From the IMG/VR virus record IMGVR_UViG_3300033149_002817, positions 1-64,000 of that record: 64,000 nt of DNA; one strand, given 5' to 3'. This stretch comes from a virus. A program made the translations under genes and the position numbers. Below the pieces are notes generated by a model. The model searched no databases. It was not told where the DNA came from and worked only from the letters and a program-made list of their open reading frames with translations. Of the stretch, positions 1 to 7,654 are shown piece by piece; positions within the stretch are counted from its first letter, which is position 1, and each line of letters opens with the position of its first letter.

Positions 1-543
1 ACGCATCTGCGCTGCGCGGAGATCGCGGGGCAGAAGACCATCCTGCTCAAGCCGACCACGGACAGCCGGGCGTTGCAGCTCGTGAGCACGCACGATGGGC
101 TCACGAAGCCGGCGACCGAGGTGGACCCCACCGAGGCGCTCTCTCCGACTGCGCTCGCGAAGTACGACGTCATCGGCATCGACGAGGGGCAGTTCCTCGA
201 CGGGATGTGGATCGACGTCATCGAAGACCTCGCCGACGGTGGTACCGAGGTCATCGTCGCCTGTCTCAATCAGGACTTCCGTGGTAACCCCTTCGGTATC
301 GCACCGCACTTGATGGCGATTGCGGACCGCATCGAAGCGCTTCGCGCGGTGTGCGTGGACTGCGGGAAGAAGGACAGCGCGACGCGCAGCTATCGCACGT
401 CCGAGGGTGATGATCAGGTAGAGGTCGGTGGCTCGGAGCGCTACATTGCGTTGTGCCGTCCGTGTTGGGTGGACAGGTGGGCAGAGCGACAGCGGGATGG
501 CGAGGCCGCCCCGCGCGCGACACAAGCTCAGGCGGCTGTGTAG
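1..543 (+). CDS. tk: Thymidine kinase (5'-truncated by window edge)
   Basis: Frame is open from base 1. Motifs KP..D.R...VSTHDG, VIGIDEGQF, VIVACLNQDFRGNPF, AVCVDCG, VEVGGSERYIALCRPCW are characteristic of TK1-type thymidine kinase. Confidence 0.95.
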   Translation, partial: THLRCAEIAGQKTILLKPTTDSRALQLVSTHDGLTKPATEVDPTEALSPTALAKYDVIGIDEGQFLDGMWIDVIEDLADGGTEVIVACLNQDFRGNPFGIAPHLMAIADRIEALRAVCVDCGKKDSATRSYRTSEGDDQVEVGGSERYIALCRPCWVDRWAERQRDGEAAPRATQAQAAV

Positions 544-574
544 AATAGGCGTACCGCTTGAGAAGGAGCACACG

Positions 575-3500
575 ATGGTCAACCTCGCGCAGTACCTCGC
601 CGGCAGTGTATCGCTCGAAGAGCTTGAGGAGTCGCTGCCCGTCAGCGGGGCCGGCGGCTTGATGCTGCCGAAGCCGATGACGACGCGGCACGAGAGGCTG
701 CAGCTCGCATGGCAGGATTTCAGCACGAAGCTGGAAGCCCTGTGGCTCGACGTGATGGAGACGTCCGAAGAGCTGTACATCGATGCCGCGCAGACCATCG
801 ACGAGCTGCGCAACGTCGGCTTTCAGAACCCGCGGCACGGGGTGCCAATCTTCAAGCGCTTGCAGCAGAAGGTCGCTGCGTACGCGATGAAGCCGAGCGA
901 AGAGCAGAATGCCATCCAGGTGATTGCCGCACGTCTCGGAGCGCTGAACGCTGAGCTTCTCTACATCTGCGACGAGCACGACCCGCAGATGCCGAAGCCT
1001 CCGGAGCTGCCCGCCCGCGACATGAAGACGTGGCAGAAGGATAGCGGCGTGGAGCGCTTCCCCGGCGAGCTGGGGATGTCTGATCCCGGCATCGAGGGGA
1101 TGGAACCGGAGCCCGACGACGAGGATTTGCCTCAGGATCAGCAGGTTATCTCGGCGGAGCCCGGCGAGGAGCCCGAGGGGGAGATGCCGCCCGAAGGCGA
1201 AGAGGTGCCGGGCGAGGAGCCCGACGAAGACGAGGTGCCCTACGATGCCGCCGAAGAGGAACCACAGGATGCGGAGGGAGAGCTTGCAGGAGAGGATGGA
1301 GAGGATCCGCTGGCTCCTGGGGACGAAGAGGAAGGCGCCCCGGTCGAGCCTGGTATGGAGGATCCTGACGGTGGTGAGGTGGCTCCTGAGGATGGAGAAG
1401 AGGAAGCCCCCGACGTCGAACCCGGCGAAGCACCCGACGAGGTTCCCGGAACAGAGCCCGAGCTTGCGCCTGAGCCCGGAACAGAGCCCGAGCCCGGAGT
1501 AGAGCCCGACGCCGAAGCTCCGCCCGGGGCCGAGCCCGGCGAAGAGGAGCCCGAGGCACCTCCCGAGAAGGCGGCACCGGATGGTGAGGAGCCCGAGGCG
1601 CCTCCTGAGAAGCTGAAGCCGGAGGATGGAGCGCCCGAGCCACCGTCGGGCATGGAGCCCGAGGGGATGGAGCCCGAGGGGATGCCGAAGGAGAAGCCCG
1701 AGGTACCGCCGAAGGAGAAGCCCGAGGTACCGCCGAAGGAGAAGGGCGACGAGAAGGGCGAGAAGCCCGACATAGCTCAGGTCGCGGACAAGGAACGGGG
1801 AGACGCGGACGACGCGAAGCAGGACTTCGCCGACGCGGCAGCGAAGACCGACGACGAGGAAGGGGAAGCAGAGGAGGTCGAGGGCGACCCGAAGGCTTCC
1901 CCGGAGAAGAAGGCGGACGAGAAGGACGACGTCGAGCGCGCGAAGGGTGAGGAGGTCGACGCTGCGGCGGAGGTCGAGGGTGAGGACGACGAAGCCGACT
2001 CGGCGGAGCGGTCGCTCGGGCAACAGCCGCGTGACTGGGACACCGACCGCCTGAAGAAAGCCTACGATCAGGTCAAGTCGGACCTCGGGGGCAAGGTGCC
2101 CGCGGACGAGATGCCGAAAACACCTGAGGAGCTGATCCAGCTCATCGCGCCCGACGACGGCGACGCCGGCATCATGCAGCAGGGAGCCGACGCGGACACG
2201 GGGAAGGTTGACCCGCAGCTCGCGCAGTACCTGCAGCGCGAGATCAAGAAGGGCACGCTTGGGAAGGAGCCCGACGAGGATGAGCAGCTCGGGGCTCCGC
2301 CGTCGAAGCCGAAGTCGAAGATGCCCCCGCCTGGGAAAGACATCAAGGCGGCGATGAAGATCAAGGCGAAGCGCAAGCCGGGTCGCCGGATGGAGGGGGA
2401 GCCGAAGCTCGGGGAGACGGTGAAGGCAGCTGACCCCGCGAAGGTGGATCAGGACGAGCTGGCGATGGGCACGAAGGAGGAGATGGAGCACACGACCGAC
2501 GTGAAGGTCGCGGAGCGCATCGCCTTGGAGCACCTCGCTGAAGACCCGAGCTACTACAGCAAGCTCAAGAAGGCCGGACTTGCGGAGTTCTACCGCTCTC
2601 CCGACTACTTCGGGCCGAAGGCGGAGCAGTACCTCGACGAAGTAGCGCTCGACGAGCGGGGCCTGCCCGGGGCCATGAAGGCAAAGAAGGTGCTCAAGCG
2701 TCTGCTCAAAGCCGGATGGGAGATCATTCGACAGACCGGATCGCACAAGATCCTGAAGAAGGCCACGAAGACCATCATCTTCGCGTTTCATTCAGGCGTC
2801 GAGATCGGCCGCCGGATGCTCGCGAAGCTGCAGAAGCAGACCGGCGTGAAGTTCATGGAGAACTACGCGGCGGTTGACGCTCTGCGCTACGCCATCGTCG
2901 AAGAGCAGGGTGACGTGGAGGCGTCTTTCCAGCTGGCAGCGGAGACGATCGCGGAAGCCGTGCGGCGCTACACTGACGCGAGTGATGTTCGTGGGGAGTT
3001 GGGCGTGGTTGCTCCCGGGCGTCCACCGTCCATCAACGTGTTCGCGGAGTGGCGGAGCAACGGCCGCCCGAGCGACAGCTTCGGCTTCACGCGTGTCATC
3101 CCGATCGAGGGGGCGGTGTACTTCGCGAACGCAGACGGCGTGGTCAGCGAGTCGTGGGATATCGACGAACACATCACGAACACGGAACTCGCGAACCGCG
3201 TATATGGCGCTATGAGCGAGGTTTACGACGTCTGCCCGACGCGCGTGACAGAGGATGAGAGGGTCGTACCGGCGCTCTACCGCGTCATGGAGCGAGAGCA
3301 GCGCGGAGAGAGCATCTCCGGCTACGCCTACGGTGGACTCCTTAACAGCCTTCGTTCGTCGCTGAGCATCGCAGAGGGTGTGGCTACCGCGCCTCAGCGC
3401 ATCCACGTGACGATGGCAGGCCCGCGCCGCTACTACTTCGAGTGGACGGTCCCGGCCCCCAAGAAGATCCCCGCTGTTGTGGGGACACCGGACGGCATGC

Positions 3501-4243
3501 TTGCTGAGATGCAGGACGTGCTTGGCGCTGGAAAGCTGGCGCTCAACGAGGACGCGACGGTCACGCTCGGCGGCGCGAGGGTGGGCCTCCTGAAGCATCG
3601 CCCGATGACGCCGGAGACCGTGCGGCAGGTCGCGATGTTCAAGACGCCGACCCGGGCTCAGTTCGCTGCGGGGAAGCTCGGAAGCGACTGGACTCCGGTT
3701 CACGTCTACGTTGACGACGGGTCGGAGGGCTGGGTCGTCGGCGACAAGCGGAAGGACGCGCTGTCGAAGATCGGAGCCCGGCGTATGGGTGTTGAGGAGG
3801 GGGTCATCGGGCTCTCTGCAATAGGTGGTGCCGCGTCTACGGTGTGGTGCTCACCGCCGATCAGCATCTCTCCGTCAGAGGGCTCCGTGCTGATCGGCGA
3901 CTCCGTGCTCGACAGGGACTGCTCCGATAGGGCGTTTGCCGATATCATCTCGACGCTCTCCGAGCAGCAGGACGACACGGCACACGGCTACCTGTTCGAG
4001 GACGGCCCCACCGTCCAGGTGGATCGCAAGACGCGCCTACGTGTGCAGGAGACGGGTGTGGGCGATGTGCTGGTGTCGCCGCTCGACGAGGACGAGGACG
4101 AGAGGATCCGGGAGGCGAAGGCGGCGAAGCAGAAGCTCGACCCGTACGACGTCATTCGTGCAATCGCGAACATGGAGTTCATCCCGCGTGGGCCGTTTGC
4201 GGTCCTGAGGGTGAAGCGTCACGGGACGGGACAAGGGAAGTAG
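575..4243 (+). CDS. Large modular putative internal head polyprotein: acidic E/P/G-rich region, DUF5661-like domain, HicA-like RNase domain
   Basis: AAGGAG RBS precedes ATG575. Low-complexity E/D/P tract at ~1090-2000. ELAMGTKEEMEHTTD..AERIALEHLAEDPSYYSKL resembles DUF5661. MKAKKVLKRLLKAGWEIIRQTGSHKILKK...FAFHSGVEIGRRMLAKLQKQTG matches the HicA pattern. Confidence 0.8.
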   Translation: MVNLAQYLAGSVSLEELEESLPVSGAGGLMLPKPMTTRHERLQLAWQDFSTKLEALWLDVMETSEELYIDAAQTIDELRNVGFQNPRHGVPIFKRLQQKVAAYAMKPSEEQNAIQVIAARLGALNAELLYICDEHDPQMPKPPELPARDMKTWQKDSGVERFPGELGMSDPGIEGMEPEPDDEDLPQDQQVISAEPGEEPEGEMPPEGEEVPGEEPDEDEVPYDAAEEEPQDAEGELAGEDGEDPLAPGDEEEGAPVEPGMEDPDGGEVAPEDGEEEAPDVEPGEAPDEVPGTEPELAPEPGTEPEPGVEPDAEAPPGAEPGEEEPEAPPEKAAPDGEEPEAPPEKLKPEDGAPEPPSGMEPEGMEPEGMPKEKPEVPPKEKPEVPPKEKGDEKGEKPDIAQVADKERGDADDAKQDFADAAAKTDDEEGEAEEVEGDPKASPEKKADEKDDVERAKGEEVDAAAEVEGEDDEADSAERSLGQQPRDWDTDRLKKAYDQVKSDLGGKVPADEMPKTPEELIQLIAPDDGDAGIMQQGADADTGKVDPQLAQYLQREIKKGTLGKEPDEDEQLGAPPSKPKSKMPPPGKDIKAAMKIKAKRKPGRRMEGEPKLGETVKAADPAKVDQDELAMGTKEEMEHTTDVKVAERIALEHLAEDPSYYSKLKKAGLAEFYRSPDYFGPKAEQYLDEVALDERGLPGAMKAKKVLKRLLKAGWEIIRQTGSHKILKKATKTIIFAFHSGVEIGRRMLAKLQKQTGVKFMENYAAVDALRYAIVEEQGDVEASFQLAAETIAEAVRRYTDASDVRGELGVVAPGRPPSINVFAEWRSNGRPSDSFGFTRVIPIEGAVYFANADGVVSESWDIDEHITNTELANRVYGAMSEVYDVCPTRVTEDERVVPALYRVMEREQRGESISGYAYGGLLNSLRSSLSIAEGVATAPQRIHVTMAGPRRYYFEWTVPAPKKIPAVVGTPDGMLAEMQDVLGAGKLALNEDATVTLGGARVGLLKHRPMTPETVRQVAMFKTPTRAQFAAGKLGSDWTPVHVYVDDGSEGWVVGDKRKDALSKIGARRMGVEEGVIGLSAIGGAASTVWCSPPISISPSEGSVLIGDSVLDRDCSDRAFADIISTLSEQQDDTAHGYLFEDGPTVQVDRKTRLRVQETGVGDVLVSPLDEDEDERIREAKAAKQKLDPYDVIRAIANMEFIPRGPFAVLRVKRHGTGQGK
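1652..1744 (+). repeat. In-frame short tandem repeats (15-bp x2 MEPEG; 24-bp x2.5 PKEKPEVP)
   Basis: atggagcccgagggg occurs twice, then gccgaaggagaagcccgaggtacc twice plus a partial copy. Confidence 0.85.
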
Positions 4244-4347
4244 TGCTGACAGCAGTCGCGGTGCTACTCGCCGCCTCGACGGGCGCGATGTCGATGCTCG
4301 TCGTGGTGGTGGTAGCCGATCAGAAGAGGGCGCGCAGGTGCAGATAA
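4243..4347 (+). CDS. Possible small membrane peptide (34 aa)
   Basis: GTG overlaps the upstream TAG. MLTAVAVLLAASTGAMSMLVVVVVADQKRARRCR is a hydrophobic helix with a basic tail. Too short for the ORF track. Confidence 0.35.
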   Translation: MLTAVAVLLAASTGAMSMLVVVVVADQKRARRCR

Positions 4348-4613
4348 GACAGCGGACCGAACCGGAGGACCGCTCGCAGCAGCTGAAGCTCGCCATCATG
4401 TCCGGCAACGTGTGGAGCGACGAGAAGCGTGCAGCCTTTGCGGAGGTACAGCAGGAGATGGCTGAACAGCACCTACCGCAGAGACGGCCGCCGACGTTCA
4501 TCTCCGTCGTGCTCTTTTTGGTCGTTCCGATTCTGGCGCTCATAGGTGTGGGCGTCACCATCACTTCCATAATGCGTGTGATAGCTTCATGTAGCGGCGC
4601 TCCGGGTCTGTAG
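4338..4613 (+). CDS. Small membrane protein
   Basis: C-terminal hydrophobic segment FISVVLFLVVPILALIGVGVTITSIM. Confidence 0.55.
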   Translation: MQIRQRTEPEDRSQQLKLAIMSGNVWSDEKRAAFAEVQQEMAEQHLPQRRPPTFISVVLFLVVPILALIGVGVTITSIMRVIASCSGAPGL

Positions 4614-4653
4614 GCCCACATCGCCGATTGCTTGTTTGCTCTCAATTTTCCAC

Positions 4654-4699
4654 TTGATTCTGTGGCCCCATGTGGTAGTATTCTTATGGAGCAAGTGAG
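4654..4699 (+). promoter_or_regulatory. Repeated sigma70-type promoter, copy 1
   Basis: TTGATT-N16-TAGTAT (with TGn extension), then TCTTATGGAGCAAGTGAG. Near-identical copies at 6006 and 6969. Confidence 0.75.
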
Positions 4700-4719
4700 T
4701 CAACCACGGGGGCAAAACG

Positions 4720-5952
4720 GTGCTGGTAACAAGAAAGAACCTGTCGGCTGCGGACGTCGCGGAAGTCGAAAAGCGTGTCAAGCGCTTCGCGAAGGCCGCC
4801 GCGAAGGCAGGCCGTCCGGAGGACGCGCCGGCTGTCGAGTCGGTTGTCGAGGGCACGCGGGAGAAGTCCCCGGGCCGGCTGGTCAGGGTCTTCACCGTCA
4901 CGTTGAGCGTGCCGGCCGAGAACATGTGCCGCGAAGGGTACGCGCTCGGCGGGCTGGTTCAGACGGCCTTCAACGAGGACGTGAACTCGGGCGACGCTCG
5001 GATTGTCACGATTCTGGCGGCAGGGGAGAAGGTGGGGCTCGCCTCCGCGGACTACCGCGAGGGTAACCTGCGCTGCGACGGCTGCGGCAAGAAGCGTCGC
5101 CGCAAGACTGTCCTGCTCGTGATCGAGGAAGCGACAGGCCGCGTCCTGACGCTCGGCACCGAGTGCGCCGCGGAGTTCGTTCCCTCCCTCAAGAACAGCA
5201 CGAAGGTGCTGGAGTATGTGGCCTTCACCTTCCTCGACCGCAACCCGGAGACGGACGGCTACGAGCGGTACGAGGACGTGCTCGAACTGGGTCACGTGCT
5301 CTCCCTCGCTCTCTTCGTCTTCGGCGAGGACGGCGGTTACCGCCCGAAGGGCAGTCCGGACGGCTCGACCGCGAGCAGTGTCCTCTATATGCTGCACCCG
5401 CCCGGCGTCTCCGCCAACCCCGAGTCGAAGCGGGCCTACCGCGAAGCAGCGGCGCGCTACGAAGTGAAGGTTGACGCGCTCAACGAGGAAGCCGCCAAGG
5501 TCACGACCTGGGTGCGGGACGGCAGCGCCGGCACGAGCGACTACGCGCTGAACCTCGCCGCTGCCTTCACCCGCGACGAAGTGAGCGACCGGACCTTCGG
5601 CCTGGTCGTCTCCGCGACCTACGCCTGGAAGCGGGAGCTGGTCAAGGCTGCTGAGCGTAAGGCTGGTGCCGGGTTCGGAACCGCCTACGTCGGCGCGAAA
5701 GGCGAGCGGAAGACCTGGAAGGGCACGCTCCTCCGGCAGGCGGGACACGAAGGTTACTACGGCCTGACGACACGGGTCGAGGTCGCAACGCCCGAGGGCG
5801 GACTGCTCGTCTGGTGGAAGTCCGGCTCCGCGCTCGACCTCGACGAGGGCACCGAGGTCACGCTGACCGGCCGCGTCAAGAAGCTCGACAGCTTCAACGA
5901 CAAGAAGCAGACGGTCGTCACCCGCTGCACAGTCAAGAAGGTCGCCGCGTAA
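4720..5952 (+). CDS. Phage protein with Cys cluster and C-terminal OB-fold-like region
   Basis: CDGCGKKRRRKTVLLV...LGTECAAEF Zn-binding-like motif. C-terminal YVGAKGER...LTGRVKKLDSFNDKKQTVVTRC beta-rich region. Highly biased codons; own promoter and terminator. Confidence 0.75.
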   Translation: MLVTRKNLSAADVAEVEKRVKRFAKAAAKAGRPEDAPAVESVVEGTREKSPGRLVRVFTVTLSVPAENMCREGYALGGLVQTAFNEDVNSGDARIVTILAAGEKVGLASADYREGNLRCDGCGKKRRRKTVLLVIEEATGRVLTLGTECAAEFVPSLKNSTKVLEYVAFTFLDRNPETDGYERYEDVLELGHVLSLALFVFGEDGGYRPKGSPDGSTASSVLYMLHPPGVSANPESKRAYREAAARYEVKVDALNEEAAKVTTWVRDGSAGTSDYALNLAAAFTRDEVSDRTFGLVVSATYAWKRELVKAAERKAGAGFGTAYVGAKGERKTWKGTLLRQAGHEGYYGLTTRVEVATPEGGLLVWWKSGSALDLDEGTEVTLTGRVKKLDSFNDKKQTVVTRCTVKKVAA

Positions 5953-5965
5953 GCGACTCGCTCCG

Positions 5966-6001
5966 GCGCCCCGGGCTTCAACGCTCGGGGCGCTTCCTTT
6001 T
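5966..6001 (+). terminator. Rho-independent terminator
   Basis: GCGCCCCGGGC-ttcaac-GCTCGGGGCGC followed by TTCCTTTT. Confidence 0.75.
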
Positions 6002-6005
6002 GTAC

Positions 6006-6052
6006 TTGATTATGTGACCTCAATATCGTAGTATTCTTATGGAGCAAGTGAG
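6006..6052 (+). promoter_or_regulatory. Repeated sigma70-type promoter, copy 2
   Basis: TTGATT-N17-TAGTAT, then TCTTATGGAGCAAGTGAG. Confidence 0.8.
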
Positions 6053-6071
6053 CGACTCGAAGGAGACAAGG

Positions 6072-6281
6072 ATGCTGGGTCGGAAGGAACGAGAAAAGGC
6101 GGAGCGGTGGGCGAAGCGCCTATGGGACGGACTCGGCAACTCGGAGCGGCACCAGCTCGGGGACGACCTCGTGTTCGGGTGCTTCGACTGGGGCGAGTGG
6201 TATACGCGCAAGCCCCCGCCCGGGACGTTGAACGCACTCGATAAAATGCGCTTGCACTGGGAGATCATGACGGGTGGGTGA
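6072..6281 (+). CDS. Small hypothetical protein
   Basis: AAGGAG RBS before ATG6072; lies directly after promoter copy 2. Confidence 0.6.
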   Translation: MLGRKEREKAERWAKRLWDGLGNSERHQLGDDLVFGCFDWGEWYTRKPPPGTLNALDKMRLHWEIMTGG

Positions 6282-6951
6282 GAAGCAACCGCAGGGGAGC
6301 AAGACCCTACGGAACATACAAACGATGGCGGCTGCGATGCTGCCATCGTTCGCGCTTGTAGGTGGCAAGCGCGGTACGAAGGCCGTCACCGACCGCGTCT
6401 TCACCTGTCAGTACCCGAAATGCGCGGCGAGGGCAGCTCACTCGTGCGGCATTGGCAAAAGCTACCAGAGTGATCGCTACTTGGACGGGTGGCTCCTGTG
6501 CCGGAGTCACTACATGACCGTTAGGAGCATGTACCTCTACGACAGGAATTTGAAGCGCAACCGATGGTGGAAGAGCTGCGTGTCGCTCTCTGATGACGTC
6601 GTTCGTGAGGAGGCGGAGAGCATCGGTTTTTCTGACGAGCGGTTTCGCGAGATAGACTGCGACGACGTCATGAACGCCGTTGATGAGGCCCTACTCGACT
6701 GCTTATCTCGGCGGGACGCGTTCATCGTGTCCGAGCGCCTGTTCGGTAGCTTGAAGCTATGGCAGGTTGGCAACAGGACAGCCATAAGCCGTGAGCGGGT
6801 TCGACAGGTCGAGATCGCGGGGTACGAGAAGCTCAAATGGTGGCTGCGGAGCCATCGGCCGGACCTCTACTTGGTGCTTTGCGAGCCGGGCATGGAACGA
6901 GATCGCATGGAGGATCAGATCGTGCGGAGGCGGGTGCCTGAACTTGAGTAG
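6274..6951 (+). CDS. Sigma70 region-4 HTH-containing transcription factor (start uncertain)
   Basis: LDCLSRRDAFIVSERL...LWQVGNRTAISRERVRQVEIAGYEKLK matches sigma70 region 4.2 (SRERVRQIE). N-terminal Cys/His cluster; no clear region 2. Confidence 0.75.
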   Translation: MGEKQPQGSKTLRNIQTMAAAMLPSFALVGGKRGTKAVTDRVFTCQYPKCAARAAHSCGIGKSYQSDRYLDGWLLCRSHYMTVRSMYLYDRNLKRNRWWKSCVSLSDDVVREEAESIGFSDERFREIDCDDVMNAVDEALLDCLSRRDAFIVSERLFGSLKLWQVGNRTAISRERVRQVEIAGYEKLKWWLRSHRPDLYLVLCEPGMERDRMEDQIVRRRVPELE

Positions 6952-6968
6952 ATTTCATGCTTTTCTAC

Positions 6969-7015
6969 TTGATTTCGTGGCCTCAACATCGTACTATAAT
7001 AGTGGAGCGAGTGAG
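6969..7015 (+). promoter_or_regulatory. Repeated sigma70-type promoter, copy 3
   Basis: TTGATT-N17-TACTAT(AAT), then AGTGGAGCGAGTGAG. Confidence 0.75.
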
Positions 7016-7030
7016 TTACGGGGGCAAGAA

Positions 7031-7273
7031 ATGAAGCGAGCGGTTGTTCTGGTTCTGGTTGCGCTGGCGGCGGTGCTCGGTGAGACGAGCTATCGCATCG
7101 TGGTGCAGGGACCGGTTGCGCTTCAGGTGTTCGTGCTCGTCACGGTTGTCCGGTACGCTGTGGAGCGTGTCAGGTTGGAAGTTACTGTTCGTGGTTCGTT
7201 CGGGGCGGTTCTCGCCGCCGAGTGGGCGAAGACGGTTGGGCGGGAGCCGGAGCCGGTTCTCACCGTGGCATGA
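7031..7273 (+). CDS. Small hydrophobic hypothetical protein
   Basis: ATG follows promoter copy 3 and a GGGGGCAAGAA leader similar to the one at ~4708. MKRAVVLVLVALAAVLG is signal/TM-like. Confidence 0.55.
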   Translation: MKRAVVLVLVALAAVLGETSYRIVVQGPVALQVFVLVTVVRYAVERVRLEVTVRGSFGAVLAAEWAKTVGREPEPVLTVA

Positions 7274-7284
7274 GAAGGTGCAAA

Positions 7285-7509
7285 ATGAGTGACGCTAAGG
7301 ACGACAAGGTTTCTTTCGCGGGGGCCGCGGAGCTGGCTGCGGAGCTGGCAGACGAAGCAGTCTTCGGGCACTGCGACGGCCCGCCGCCGACTGAGGAGGA
7401 CAAGGCGAGACGGCAGAAGCTGGAAGCAGAAGTGAGGGCGCGCGGGCTGTCTGCGTACGACGAAATGGTCGTGGAAGCCGAGAAGAACAGGCCGCGGTAC
7501 GGGTTTTAG
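7285..7509 (+). CDS. Small hypothetical protein
   Basis: AAGGTG RBS, ATG7285, typical codon usage. Confidence 0.6.
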   Translation: MSDAKDDKVSFAGAAELAAELADEAVFGHCDGPPPTEEDKARRQKLEAEVRARGLSAYDEMVVEAEKNRPRYGF

Positions 7510-7654
7510 GGCGTGTAGTGTGATAGACCGAAGCATTCCTGCGTGGTACGCTACGATCTGACGGTAGTACGGCATCCCGACACATACGTGTGTGGTCATA
7601 AGGTGCGTGTCTGTATGTGTTAGAGTAGGGTGACAACCACGTAGGGGGCTTTCC

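Noticed and set aside
266-2791. 841-aa minus-strand ORF (likewise 13740-16382, 21981-23528, 26396-27922 and 29847-32933 on the minus strand)
   Set aside because: These are antisense shadows of strongly codon-biased, GC-rich + strand genes. They have L/R/V-rich nonsense composition and no motifs.
4654-7015. Three conserved repeats as a CRISPR array or attachment sites
   Set aside because: They are ~1 kb apart, separated by genes, and have -35/-10 structure. No cas or integrase gene is nearby.
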